Program-made: the position numbers and the translations under genes
Origin: Octopus bimaculoides
Lineage: Eukaryota
Direction of reading: 5' to 3'
Length of the DNA: 52,547 bases
Assembly: GCF_001194135.2 (NCBI RefSeq)
Contig: NC_068982.1
Location: 83,918,203 to 83,970,749 of the forward strand
Shown here: piece by piece, positions 23,935 to 37,134 of the stretch
Numbering within the stretch: position 1 is the stretch's first letter
Layout: every line of letters begins with the position of its first letter
The notes under the pieces: generated by a model
What the model saw: the letters and a program-made list of their open reading frames with translations, nothing else
Databases searched by the model: none
What the model was told of the DNA's origin: nothing

Positions 23935-24127
23935 TACCCAACCCTAATCCTAAACCTAATCCTAACACTAACCCTAACACTAACCCTAAATCCTAACCCT
24001 AACCCTAAAACCCTAACCCCCTAACCCTGACCCTAAAACCGTAACCGTAACACTAATCCTAGCCCTAACCGTAACACTAACCCTAAACCCTAACCCTGAC
24101 CCTAAAACCCTAACCCTAACACCCTAG
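23935..24127. repeat. Telomere-like (CCCTAA)n variant array inside the Helitron 3' region
   Basis: About 190 bp of CCCTAA, CCTAAT, ACTAA, CCCTGA, CCGTAA and CCCTAAA units. Confidence 0.92.
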
Positions 24128-24527
24128 TGAAAATTGTGGTATATTTACAAAACATTGATGAACATGAGTTATATTTTACTGAATGATTGTGTACTTGCAC
24201 GTGTATGCGCTTGAGAGAGTGAGAAAGGAAGAGGTAGAGAGACGGGGAGAAAGGAATAGAGGTAGTTAAAAGTTTTCTTGTGACGGCTTCTCTTCACTGC
24301 CTATTACTTCATTAGAAATATACAGATGCACATACACACATAATAGAGAAAAATGAAACAAATATGGACGACTTGCTCTGAAACACCACCGAGTGGGGAA
24401 CACTTCTCAAAAATAACCTGCGGTTGTTTCCTTCAAAATTCCTACATGCTCGAAATGTACATACATCAAGGTATATTTGTAGAAAATTTCACGCAAAAAT
24501 ATTCATTTTCCTGGTAGTTAAGAGGAA

Positions 24528-25331
24528 NNNNNNNNNNNNNNNNNNNNNNNNNNNNNNNNNNNNNNNNNNNNNNNNNNNNNNNNNNNNNNNNNNNNNNNNN
24601 NNNNNNNNNNNNNNNNNNNNNNNNNNNNNNNNNNNNNNNNNNNNNNNNNNNNNNNNNNNNNNNNNNNNNNNNNNNNNNNNNNNNNNNNNNNNNNNNNNNN
24701 NNNNNNNNNNNNNNNNNNNNNNNNNNNNNNNNNNNNNNNNNNNNNNNNNNNNNNNNNNNNNNNNNNNNNNNNNNNNNNNNNNNNNNNNNNNNNNNNNNNN
24801 NNNNNNNNNNNNNNNNNNNNNNNNNNNNNNNNNNNNNNNNNNNNNNNNNNNNNNNNNNNNNNNNNNNNNNNNNNNNNNNNNNNNNNNNNNNNNNNNNNNN
24901 NNNNNNNNNNNNNNNNNNNNNNNNNNNNNNNNNNNNNNNNNNNNNNNNNNNNNNNNNNNNNNNNNNNNNNNNNNNNNNNNNNNNNNNNNNNNNNNNNNNN
25001 NNNNNNNNNNNNNNNNNNNNNNNNNNNNNNNNNNNNNNNNNNNNNNNNNNNNNNNNNNNNNNNNNNNNNNNNNNNNNNNNNNNNNNNNNNNNNNNNNNNN
25101 NNNNNNNNNNNNNNNNNNNNNNNNNNNNNNNNNNNNNNNNNNNNNNNNNNNNNNNNNNNNNNNNNNNNNNNNNNNNNNNNNNNNNNNNNNNNNNNNNNNN
25201 NNNNNNNNNNNNNNNNNNNNNNNNNNNNNNNNNNNNNNNNNNNNNNNNNNNNNNNNNNNNNNNNNNNNNNNNNNNNNNNNNNNNNNNNNNNNNNNNNNNN
25301 NNNNNNNNNNNNNNNNNNNNNNNNNNNNNNN
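24528..25331. other. Assembly gap (other large gaps: 28226-28806, 39946-40535)
   Basis: Runs of N. Confidence 1.
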
Positions 25332-28130
25332 CTTGTTTTTCCTTGTGGAGCATATGCAAATAGGTTTGTTTTGCTTCCCACTCTTGAGCAGCCAACATAC
25401 AGTTGTCCATGTGAGAAGCAGGGCTCTTCCAAGAGAAGACCAGCCACAGAGAGGGTTTGACCCTGAGATTTGTTAATGGACATGGCAAAAGTGACACGAA
25501 GGGGGAATTGCTCCTGATGGAGTAAGAGGAATTCTTGGAATAAAGACGTCATCACCTTTTCCACATCCAGAAAGAATGGTAGCCTCGATAACATGTGACA
25601 TCATCTTCTTTCTCACAAGTCGTGTTCCATTGCAAAGTCTTGGTGGATCCAGATTGCGGAGTGGCATAACAGGCGTTCCAACTTTAAGTGATAATATGTA
25701 GGGAGGTAGTCCAGGAGGCTCCAACGAATTGAGAGATTCAGGAGGATAGTTCACCACTTCATTTGTATCTGGAACTGTATCAACAGACTTGTAAGTTTGA
25801 AGATTGAAGAGAATGCATCAGCTGTTGATTAATTTTTGTAACAGCTACGTTTTTTGGAGCTAATATTGCTTTTGCACACAGCCAATTGTGATTTAAGTAG
25901 TTTTCTTTGAAGTTGGGAAAGACTTTGTGTTTGAGGTCATCTACAGAATTAACAACAGAGCAAAATGGCCATACTTTCATATCTCCTGCAGTGTCGAGAG
26001 GCACCTTGCCATCACCAATTAACAAAATGTCCTGTGCAAACTTTTTGGACATTTGGTCGCCATGTAGCTGAGCTCTCGTGTTAGTGTTAAGACTGAGGAT
26101 GGAAACGATGCCACAGGGTAGAAGACTTTAGGCATGCTTGGACCTCATCTGCTCTAGTGCCTTTTGGAACGACAGGAAGAATTTGCCTGAAATCACCTGA
26201 CAACAGAAGCGTAACACCTCCCATTGGAGCATGGCAGTCTCGGATATCTTTCAGGGCTCTATCTAATGCTTCCAAAGCTTCCTTGTAAGCCATGGTGCAT
26301 TCATCCCAGACAATTAGATGACACCTTTTAAGTACCTGTCCCTGATTTGAGCTTTTGGTGATGTTGCATGAAGGCATGTCGGATGCTGCTAAATTGAGAG
26401 GGAGTTTGAAAGTCGAGTGTGCTGTCCTGCCACTGGGTAACAAAGTAGCTGCAATCCCAGAGGAAGCCACAGCTACTGCAATGTCCTGATGCTGCCTAAC
26501 TTCTGCAAGGAGAAGTTTTATTATAAATGTTTTTCCTGTCCCTCCAGGAGCATCGAGGAAGAAGATTCGTCCATCACATTGGCGTACACTGTTAATAATA
26601 GTTGTGTAGGCCTGCAGCTGGTCTGAAAGTAATTTATGCTCTTTTTCAGCAATGTACTTTGAAAGCGCTTGAGTGTCATAAGATGTTTCATGAATGACAG
26701 CAGTAGGAAAGCTATTTGACCCTGACCTGAATGTTTGTGGCAGGCCATATGTGGATAATTCATTACCACCCAGTGTGGCAATTCTGTTTTCAATGTCAAT
26801 GAGAGTTTTGTTGTAGACTTCATTGCTGATACCCTCCATGTCAGGATAGAGCTGTTGAGCTTGCCACTGAAAGTCTTCAGCCAGTTTGTCCCTGTACTTG
26901 AGCCATAGAGTTGCAGGATCACACAGTTCGCATGTCTGTAGTAATACTGCGAATAGTGCCCTGAGACTTTTAGGTGATTGTGATAAAGCAGCCTCTCCCA
27001 AAGTTGCATCCCATTGTGCACCATCTTCTAACAGTCCTTGTCGATAGCAGACTTCTCTGTATGTTGTGCAGACATGTTCATGAACATTTTTTAGGGCCTG
27101 GAAACATGTGGGGTCTCTGATCTGATGCAGTAGTAGCTGGAGGTAGAAGCACTCTTGTTGAGTGGGATGTACTGTGTATACTCGGCCAAGGCAAGTGTCA
27201 AACTTAATGCCAGGGTATCCATGAACATTTTGACCTGCTTTCCTTGGGGTTCATTGTTTTCCATTCCAAGTGTAGTACGATGGAATCTGTGGATACAGTA
27301 AGGTTTGAGTGAATGGATCCACTTGACAGAGCTTGAAGAATGCAGTGAGTGTGCTATCCCTTGGTTGCTCTGCCAACAGAGAAGCACTAGCATCAGTGAA
27401 GTACACTCTTTGACCGTTTTCCAAGTGCACTGCAAGCTGTTGGATGGCAGGGTGTCGTTGGTGAAGTGGAAAGCCAAAGATGCTCCAGAAAGCCTCGTTG
27501 CTACTTATGTAGCGTCCCACCTGATAGTGTGTCACCTCATCCTGGCAGTATTGTTGTTGAAGTGCAAACATTGCAGCATCAGAACCCTTGTTCACATACT
27601 TGCAAAGATACTTGATGGACTTAACAGAGTTGCAAAAGTCACCGTGAATGTGGGCATTGAAAATCTTTGGCAGAGGTCGGCAGTAGGGAACAATTCATCT
27701 ATTATCAACCTTATGCTCTTCGATAGTTGCTGTGAAACCGCCGTCTTGTGGTTTTCTCCGTCTGTATGATGGATACCCATCAGCACCTAAGTTTGTTGTA
27801 GGAACTTCCTTCTAAACTTTTTTTAACATACGCTGTCTTTCAAATATAGTGAGTTAATGTTGAATCCATGCCCACATGGACCATGCACCATGTTTGCTTT
27901 AACTACGTCGTATAGTACTTTGTACTATACTACTTTGCAGAGATTATGTTGTCGATCTCAGTTGATTTGATCTTCATTGAGAGCCAAAGCAGGATATGAG
28001 CATGTGGAAGGCCCCTTTTTTGCCATTCGATTGTGTACATGTCACATTGTATGGGTCCGAAGATTTGCCCTTTTTTTAGGAGGTCCAGGGGTTATGGCCG
28101 TTATGCATAGAATATAATTTCCAAATTTAC
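25332..28130 (-). pseudogene. Helitron Rep (HUH) plus PIF1-family helicase pseudogene
   Basis: YTIEWQKRGLPHAHILLWL (about 27982-28040), MVHGPCG, DGYPSYRR (27760-27783), NKGSD..GRYISSNEA, DAPGGTGKT, VWDE, GDFRQILPV, QFPLRVTFAMSINKSQGQTL, HGQLYVGCSRV; split over frames. Confidence 0.93.
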
Positions 28131-30512
28131 ATGTATGCATATAGATCTATATCTATATATATATATATATATCTACACATATGTGTACATATACATCTAT
28201 ATGTATACATATACATCTATATATANNNNNNNNNNNNNNNNNNNNNNNNNNNNNNNNNNNNNNNNNNNNNNNNNNNNNNNNNNNNNNNNNNNNNNNNNNN
28301 NNNNNNNNNNNNNNNNNNNNNNNNNNNNNNNNNNNNNNNNNNNNNNNNNNNNNNNNNNNNNNNNNNNNNNNNNNNNNNNNNNNNNNNNNNNNNNNNNNNN
28401 NNNNNNNNNNNNNNNNNNNNNNNNNNNNNNNNNNNNNNNNNNNNNNNNNNNNNNNNNNNNNNNNNNNNNNNNNNNNNNNNNNNNNNNNNNNNNNNNNNNN
28501 NNNNNNNNNNNNNNNNNNNNNNNNNNNNNNNNNNNNNNNNNNNNNNNNNNNNNNNNNNNNNNNNNNNNNNNNNNNNNNNNNNNNNNNNNNNNNNNNNNNN
28601 NNNNNNNNNNNNNNNNNNNNNNNNNNNNNNNNNNNNNNNNNNNNNNNNNNNNNNNNNNNNNNNNNNNNNNNNNNNNNNNNNNNNNNNNNNNNNNNNNNNN
28701 NNNNNNNNNNNNNNNNNNNNNNNNNNNNNNNNNNNNNNNNNNNNNNNNNNNNNNNNNNNNNNNNNNNNNNNNNNNNNNNNNNNNNNNNNNNNNNNNNNNN
28801 NNNNNNTATATACATCTATATATATATACATCTATATATATACATGTATATGGATACATTTATGCAGATATATATATGTATGTATGTATGTATATATGTA
28901 TGTATGCCTGTATATATGTGAGAGTATAGTTTCACTGTAGTAGTTTCAGTATGGAAATGAAACCATTAAAGTGAAAGTATCTGTCATTACAGTATGGAAA
29001 TGTGATTGTTTCAGATTTGATACTGAAATAGTGGAATAGTTTCATTTTGAAAGTGAAAGTATTTGACATGAGTGTTTTTGTTTCACTTTTGACACCTAAT
29101 ACTTAAATAGTGGAGGAGATATGATGTTGCTGTTGACTCGAACTTTGCAAGAAGTGAAAAATTTTTTGGACTAAAACACAACCGGGACCCTAAGTAAAGC
29201 ATGTGTAAAATTTCAATGAAATTGGTTGTGTAGTTCTCGAGTTTTAGACACACAGACAGACAGACAGACAGACACACATTCTCATTTTTATAGATATAGA
29301 TAACAAATTTTACTATGAATAGCTGAAATTTACTTTTTAAATATCTACAGTTTGTTCATGTCTGTATTAGTAATGTACTCTCTGAAACTTAATGCATCCA
29401 CCCTACATTCTCTAAGTTTTTACCTTTCCCTCTCTTTCTTTTTGTCTTATTGATTAACTCCTTCTCCTCACCAACATTATCCTCTCTTATAAATGATTTT
29501 GATGCCATAACTTTTCTGTGGTCTAGTCTGTGAGGAAAGGGTAGCATCTGTGAACTTTTTGTAGACCCCTGTGACTAGTAGAAAAGGAGAAAGAAACCAT
29601 GGCTCATGGGATACTGCAGTAGAAAATAACACATCAAGATATCTAGTTATCATCAGATCAGAGATTTGTCCAAATGCTTGCAAAAGAGTAGACTCTGCTA
29701 ATGGCACCCAAAGGCCAGATGGTAGTGTTAAACTGTGCAGTTTATCAAAATTTTCTCCAGTCCCACTGGTATTACTTGAAAATTAGGTATTATTTAATAT
29801 GAAAATGTAATTAATATTACTAATATTACATATACCAAATTATAATCTCCTCTACTCTTCTGGAAAACTTGCCAATTTGGCTTCAGTTAGATTTCTTTTC
29901 AGAGCTAAGGAATGCCTTATTCCTAAGCAATTTTTAATTCTCTTCAGTATCTAACATTCCTTTCTCGAGATTAATGCTTCTATGTATGGAATTGTATAAT
30001 AATTTTTATTTTCTAACATCACAGTCTAAATCTAGTTTAGGTAGAAAATATTTTAGTGATGCATTGTAACTTTACCTCTACAATCTTTGGTTCTTTGAAG
30101 CAGCCAGATGTACTAATATCTTTGTATCTGTATGTTACACTACCATGAACCAGCAAAGTGTATAGGCAGATAAAACAAATATTTATGGTTGATGGTTTGT
30201 ACAAAGGCCAAAATTGGTAGCATTGCATCATGGATCCATTGTGCATGATGTCTTTTTTTAATGTATAACATACATGGTGCCTTAGCATGGCTTTGATCAT
30301 GATGGATAAAACAAACCCAAAAACTCTTACAATTTGTTTATTCATGACAAAAACCAAGAAAGCTATTTAAAGATAACATAATCAAGATCCAAAGAGAACC
30401 ATACAACACAGTGAGATCATCAATTCATCACCAAAATAAATTAATAATTGCTCAAAGGATTTAGATTACCATATTTGATGGTATAAAAGATGCACCCCAA
30501 TTTCAGTAGCAT

Positions 30513-32945
30513 ATCATCATCATCATCATCGTTTAACGTCCGCTTTCCATGCTAGCATGGGTTGGATGATTTTACTGAGGACTGGTGAACCAGAAGGCTG
30601 CACCAAGCTCCAATCTGATCTGGAAGAGTTTCTACAGCTCGGTGCCATTCCTAACGCCAACCACTTCGAGAGTATAGTGGGTGCTTTTATGTGCTACGGG
30701 CACGAAGGCCAGTCAGGTGGTACTGGCAATGGCCACGCTCAAAATGGTGTATTTTACATGCCACCTGCACAGGAGCTAGTCCAGCGGCACTGGCAACGAT
30801 CTTTCTCGAATGTCTTTACATGTGTCACTGGCACAAGTGCCAGGAAAGCGACGCTGGGCACAGGTGCCATTACAATTTCGCTTTCGCTTGCCCCAACAGG
30901 TCTTCGCAAGCCAAGTTTCATGTCCAATGAAGGAGACGACACTCGCATGAGTGCCAGGCATCGAATTTAGTTCAATTTCGATTTCACTTGCCTCAACAGG
31001 TTTTTGCAAGCGGAGTTTAGCGTCCATGAAGGAAGGTATGCATAAATGGGCTGGCTACACCCCTGGCAGAGGCCTTGGAGTTTGGTCTCACTTGGCTTGC
31101 CGGGTCTTCTCAGGCACAGCATATTTCCAAAGGATTGGTCAGAAGTCATCGTCTCGGTGAGGCACAATGTTCGAAGGTCATGCCTCACCACCTCATCCCA
31201 GGTCTTCCTGGGCCTACCTCTTCCACAGGTTCCCTCAACTGCTAGGGTGTGGCACTTTTTCACACAGCTATCCTCACCCATTCTCGCCACATGACCATAC
31301 CAGCGCAATCGTCTCTCTTGCACACCACAACTGATGCTTCTTAGGTTCAACTTTTCTCTCAAGGTACTTACACTCTGTCTAGTATGCACACTGACATTAC
31401 ACATCAATCGGAGCATACTGGCTTTATTCCTTGTGAGCCTATGCATGTCCTCAGCAGTCACGGCCCATGTTTATGTCCTCAGCAGTCACGGCCCATGTTT
31501 CACTGCCATGAAGCATGGCTGTTCGTACACATGCGTCATACAGTCTGCCTTTTACTCTGAGTGAGAGACCCCTTGTCACCAGCAGAGGTAACAGGTCTCT
31601 GAACTTTGCCCAGGCTATTCTTATTCTAGTAGCTACACTTTCAGCGCACCTTCCCCCACTACTAACTTGGTCACCTAGATAGTGGAAGCTATCAACTAAG
31701 TCTAGTTTTTCTCTCTGGAATGTGGCCAGAGTTGTTTTCTGCACATTTTCAGTGTTTATTGCTCCTGAACATCTGCCACATACAAAAACTAACTTCCTAG
31801 TTAACCTTCCTTTGATATTGTTGCACCTCTTATGTGTCCATAGCTTGCACTAGGTACATCTTATAGAGTTTTTACCTACNNNNNNNNNNNNNNNNNNNNN
31901 NNNNNNNNNNNNNNNGACTCAGCAATTAGTGCAAGGTCGTCAGCATAGAGGAGCTCCCAGGGGCATCCTGTCTTGAATTCCTCTGTTATCACCTGGAGGA
32001 CTATGATAAATAGGAAGGGGTTGAGGACTGAACCTTGGTGGACTCCTACCTCTACCTGGAATTCTTCACTGTACTCATTGCCAACCCTCACCCTGCTGAC
32101 AGCGTCTCTGTACATGGCTCGCACAGCTCTCACTAACCATTCTTTTATCCCTAGTTTACTCTTTGACCACCAGATAAGGGATCAGGTGACCCTGTCAAAG
32201 GCTTTCTCCATGTCAACGAAAGCCAGGTACAGAGGATTATCTTTGGTTAGGTATTTCTCCTGCAGCTGTCTTACCAGAAATATAGCATCAGTGGTGCTTT
32301 TCCCTGGCACGAACCCAAACTGCATCCCATCTAAATTGACTCTCTCCCTAATTAGTTGGGCTATACCCTCTCCATGACTTACATGATCTGACAACTTGAT
32401 ACCTCTGTAATTATTTGTATCTAAAGCATCACCTTTACCTTTGTAGCAGTTGACTATGGTGCTGCTACACCAGTCATTGGGTATGATTCCTTTGCGTATC
32501 ACTTGGTTAATAATACGGGTGACTAGGCTATAGCCTACGCTGCCAGATATTTTGAGCATCTCTGCAGCGATTCCTGATGGGCCAGGAGCTTTCCCTGTCT
32601 TCATACTTTTAATAGCTTTATCTACAATGGTTACTGTCAACTCAAATCGCTGATCCCTCTGTTGTGTCGACATTTGGCAGACTCTCTTCCTCCCATTCAT
32701 TCTCTTTATTGAACAACCTTTCGTAGTGGCATCTCCAAACTTCTTTCTTTGCAGCCTCGTTTAATGCAAGCGTACCATCATCTATGCGAACACATTTCTC
32801 TCCCACGACATCCCGATTCTCTCTCACACACTGTCTTGCAACACGAAATACCTCAAGTCTTTGGTCCTCACGGCGCAGAACATTGGCAAATTTTTTCTTA
32901 TCTGCTTTCCCTCTGGCTAAATAAACCTGTCGCTTAGTTTCCCTT
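30513..32945 (-). mobile_element. 5'-truncated RTE LINE
   Basis: (ATC)n tail and conserved 3' end at 30513-30560; RT ORF pieces 31876-32827; 28-bp internal tandem duplication near 31446-31500. Confidence 0.93.
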
Positions 32946-33309
32946 CTTTGTGAAAAAGTTTTTTTAGTGTACTAAAGCATGTAATATAGACCCAGCTTCA
33001 CATATAGATCTGTAATGATTTTTTTGAAACATTTTTTGGAAGAAAAAGAAAAAGTCATCTTATATAATATGAAATGCAGTGTTATCACAACAAAATCTGA
33101 CTGAATTGATTCAAAGATAGTTTCAGCATGAATTTACTAATTTTCAAGGACAGAGTGCAGAGATTATATAAGTTAAATGAAATCCATAGATAACATGCAA
33201 TTTATCTGAGTGTCATATAAACATTTTCAAACTATTGTTCCAAAGCTTGACAATTGATAAAATGAAAAAAAAATATCTCAAAAATACTTTTACAAGATAT
33301 TTCTCAAGA

Positions 33310-34420
33310 ACATTAACCACATATGAAAATGCCCAAATATTGAAATAGAAGCCTTGTCTTTGGTAATTATATGGCACTTACAAAGAGTACATTTTCTGCT
33401 TGACTAAAAATTAAAATTGGGTCTGGATCACAGGCCATTAGAATTATATTTTGAAAAACTTATGGTTTACTGAAGGTAACCTCTGCACATAAGGATAGGC
33501 CTTAGAAATGATGATATTTTATTGTGAAATGTCTCCTGTAAAAGAATCTGAATCTATATTGACACATTATCACAACTGAAATCAATTAATAATGTGGGTT
33601 TGGATAAGCATTGTCATAATGATGATAACATTTTCATTACTTTTTTAGAAATTGCTGTTATAAAATAAGAAAATTTTAAATTGGACGCTACCAAACCAAT
33701 AACAATATTTTATCTGTATATCAAAAATAATTTTTCATATTAATTAAAGCAATTATTCTATTATTAAGGGTCAATTCAAGTCACTGAATATAAGTTAACC
33801 ATTGAAAATGATATCTTGTGTAATAAAAAATTAATTGCTACATCAATTAGTTTGAGAACATTGATGATAAAAAACATGATAATGAACATTGTTGCTCAAC
33901 AGCAACAAAGTATGCATTAAAATTAGAATTAGGGGAATAAGATTATTAATAATATATAAGATGTCCAATATGTGCTAAAACATAACCAGAATTAACTAGC
34001 ACTGTACACATGACCCGAAGGAATCAAAGTTTGGATATATGTGCATATGGATTATGATTATGTCAAAAATTTAGAACTGCTTTTAATATATGTTCATGCA
34101 AACTCTGGATGGCAAGAGGTAATAAGCATTAACAATACAGAAGCAGAAACAGTTAGGCAGATATTGAGAACTGTATTTTTCAGAAATGGTGTTCCAGAAA
34201 CATTATTGCACAGTTCTTCACTCAAGAAGATTTCTTAAGCTACTGGCTTTATGGATAGACAAACATGGTGACTGGTAAGAATATCTTATAAAACTACTAT
34301 TCAAATTTAGTATCAATGTGAAGAAAAATGTTGAACCACAACTGGATTTTTATTCCAAGCAAGAAATAATAATACAATTGCAATTTTTAAGGGTGAACAA
34401 TTTTTAAGGGTGATCCTTCA
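33310..34420 (+). mobile_element. Degenerate Ty3/Gypsy pol remnant (RNase H plus integrase)
   Basis: IEIEALSL (like IEKEALA), LDHRPL (like TDHKPL), RCPIC, and HMDY..LLIYVHANSGWQEV..LRTVFFRNGVPETL (integrase core). Confidence 0.75.
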
Positions 34421-34755
34421 GATCAAAAAAGCAATGATATAAATATACAGAATTATCCCCTCAAGCTTTAAATGTTATTCAGATAACTTACTAAAAATTG
34501 TGATTTGATAGTTGATACAGAATCAAGCAATACAAATAGTATTAGATATAGTTCTCAAAAAGCAAAAGGAATTAAACCAATTCCTCTTTATTTGAATTAT
34601 ACCTGTCTTTAGATTTATGTTTGACTATCTGTACTTCATAAATCCACTTTCAATATTTGCTTAATTTCTTCAAAAAGATTATGTAAAACAAAATAAGTGA
34701 ACAAAAATTTTTGTTAGAAGATATTTCACAGGACGATTTTCTTTTCTCTTTTAAG

Positions 34756-34828
34756 GAGAGTGCCAGATGGTTGTGCTTCAAAAATTCCAGCTGAGAAAGG
34801 AGCTTCACCTTCTTATGTGCCAACTACG
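34756..34828 (+). CDS. Host-gene exon, 73 nt, phase 2 to 0 (RVPDGCASKIPAEKGASPSYVPTT)
   Basis: CTTTTCTCTTTTAAG acceptor, ACG/GTTTGT donor, open frame, GC-rich relative to flanks. Confidence 0.75.
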
Positions 34829-35864
34829 GTTTGTTTTGTTTGTTTGATATTCTTTTTTTGTAAAGATTTCAAAATTAAAATCTAAAATACTGTTTGAAAA
34901 ATTAATATATTTATTTTTAATTCTTGTTGTGCAGCCTTAGGTCATCTCCAGTTGATTAGACATATGACATGTTGTCTGAATGACCAAGTGCAATCCACAG
35001 ATATGCTAGTTCCCAATCTATAAATATGGGTTATTGAGAAATATACTGCACATTCTGACAATCTATGGTTGATTTAATGTTTTACAGTGTTGCAGTCTAA
35101 ACAATTTGTGCTCTGTCAACTGTCTAGTCTGATTCTCTGTGTCTGTGGTTTTTGATGATAATCACAAAAGAAGCATGCAAGGTGAACTCAGTGTGACGTT
35201 GGCAACCACAGCTCCTTTAAACTTATTACTGGTGCTGTGCATCCCTGCATAATGTTTGCGGCTAATGACCTATAGATGTTAATACTACTTCTGTATGTTA
35301 TGTATTTCTTATATTTGTCTTGACTGAAGAGATCATATTCATTGGATGCTGTTGTAGTAGTGACAAATGTATCTCTTTGTTAGAAAAAGATTGTATATTT
35401 ATTGACAAGGAATTAATAGGTTGAAGCAAGCATGCTGCAAGAACAAACTGTGCTCCTCATGTTTCCATATGGTTTTTCATTTCATTATGAATTTAGTTTG
35501 TGTGCTATTTTTACATCTGTGGATGTCTTCTACATGTGCTGTACAAAGAAATATCTTCAGAGAACCTGATAAGCTATTTTATAATATCTTATTTGATATC
35601 TTCAAATTTTACTAGCATGAACTAAAATCCTTTTGACTCAATAAAATAAATATCTGTACTTCCCTGAAGCATATGTAATGTATTACATTATATATTTTCA
35701 GTATCTTCAAATTGGTTTAAATGCATATAATTAGATAGCTTCCACCCTCCTATTATAATTTTTTTACTCTCTATTTACTGATTCACAAACAATGAGGAGT
35801 ATTTTCTATGTAGCTATAAAGAAGCTTCCTAAATGTTCCAGTTATATTCTATATATCTTATTCC

Positions 35865-36041
35865 ATGATTATGTCAAAAATTTAGAACTGCTTTTAATAT
35901 ATGTTCATGCAAACTCTGGATGACAAGAGGTAATAAGCATTAACAATACAGAAGCAGAAACAGCTAGGCAGATATTGAGAACTGTATTTTTCAGAAATGG
36001 TGTTCCAGAAACATTATTGCACAGTTCTTCAATCAAGAAGA
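35865..36041 (+). repeat. 177-bp direct copy of Gypsy integrase segment 34054-34230
   Basis: I counted 3 substitutions between the copies. Confidence 0.9.
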
Positions 36042-36054
36042 CTTATATATAGTA

Positions 36055-36390
36055 AGAAGCTGTCTAGCAAGAAGTTTGCTTCCCAACCACATGGTTCAGT
36101 GTTCAGTCACACTGCATGACACCTTGGGCAAGTGTCTTCTACTATAGCCTCAGACCTTGTTAGTGGATTTGCTAGACAGAAACTCAAAAAAGAATATATA
36201 TAATATATATGTATGTGTGTGTGTGTGTTTGTCCCCCACCACTGCTTGATAACTGGTATTGGTCTGTTTACATCCCCATAACTTAGCGGTTTGGCAAAAG
36301 AGACTGGTAGAATATATACTAGGCTTAAAAAAAATTTTTTTTTGAACTATGGAGTCAATTCATTTGACTACAATTCTTCAAGATCGTGTA
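36055..36390 (+). mobile_element. tRNA-derived SINE
   Basis: TGCTTCCCAACCACATGGTTCAG.GTTCAGTC head, CCTTGGGCAAGTGTCTTCTACTATAGCC core, internal (TG)n, tail AACTTAGCGGTTTGGCAAAAGAGAC shared with 48030-48155. Confidence 0.65.
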
Positions 36391-36983
36391 TAAATAACAT
36401 TATTTTGTATGTTGAAGCAAATTTTGTTTTTAACTGAATGAGATTAAAATTATATTTTTCACTTTTGCTAATAAATGTCTAGATAATTTCATAACAAAAT
36501 TATATAAAACATAATGCAAACTGGTTTGTAAAGATATGTTTTCTTGGATTTACATTGATCTTGGAGTTAAATTGAATTAATTCATTTGATTTTTTGTGAG
36601 ATGCATAAATCTTTTATACTGTGCTTCTGGTCAAATCTGCATCATGGTAATTAATTCTAGATGTTAAAATAGATGTATGCAACTGACATAGAGTCAAAGA
36701 TGATTCTGATTATTCTGAACGTGAAGTAGGTAGAAATCATGATTTTGTCATACACTTGAGACCTGCATGTTAAATCATAGCAAGATGATTTTAAAAAGAA
36801 TTAAATACTTATATAAGTTAAATTTTGTGGTAAATAATACAGTGCATAAGTACTTGGAGAAGTCAGTTAAGCTGATTGTCTTCGTTTCCTTTATTTACCC
36901 CATTAAAGTACTTCTATTATTATCATTACTTTAATGAACTTCATTATTGTTATTTCATTAAAAAACTGATTTTCTTCTTATAG

Positions 36984-37019
36984 ATAATATCTGATGAACG
37001 TCCAACAACCACCATGAAA
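36984..37019 (+). CDS. Host-gene exon, 36 nt, phase 0 to 0 (IISDERPTTTMK)
   Basis: TTTTCTTCTTATAG acceptor, perfect GTAAGT donor at 37020, open frame. Confidence 0.75.
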
Positions 37020-37134
37020 GTAAGTAATTTATTTTATATGAAGTTTTCTGTTATTCATTTAAAATCAACCTTTCTATGATCCTCCATTCAGTATTGTATT
37101 GTGATTTTATATATATAAATACATACATTAATCA

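Larger units (their letters stand above)
23340..29300 (-). mobile_element. Helitron with both termini (A|TC...CTAG|T), decayed RepHel
   Basis: 5' TCTATATCTATAAAAATGAGAATGTGTG(TCTG)n at 29300; 3' hairpin CTCGGACAATGTCGGG then CTAG at 23343-23340; inserted in an AT dinucleotide; Rep and PIF1 motifs inside. Confidence 0.93.

Noticed and set aside
23935-24127. True chromosome end or telomere fusion site
   Set aside because: Short, degenerate, single orientation and enclosed within Helitron termini.
24424-25594. Long ORFs (about 350 aa) in the ORF track
   Set aside because: They run through an N gap; only the minus-strand helicase C-terminal part (25332-25594) is real. The same applies to ORFs at 28131-28940 and 39718-40623.
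26087-27001. Cellular PIF1 gene
   Set aside because: Intronless, frameshifted, fused to a Rep HUH domain and bounded by Helitron termini.
29477-29786. Overlapping ORFs on both strands as a host exon
   Set aside because: No convincing donor, and not needed for phase continuity. The minus-strand RYLDVLF resembles a decayed LINE YLGV motif but is too weak to call.
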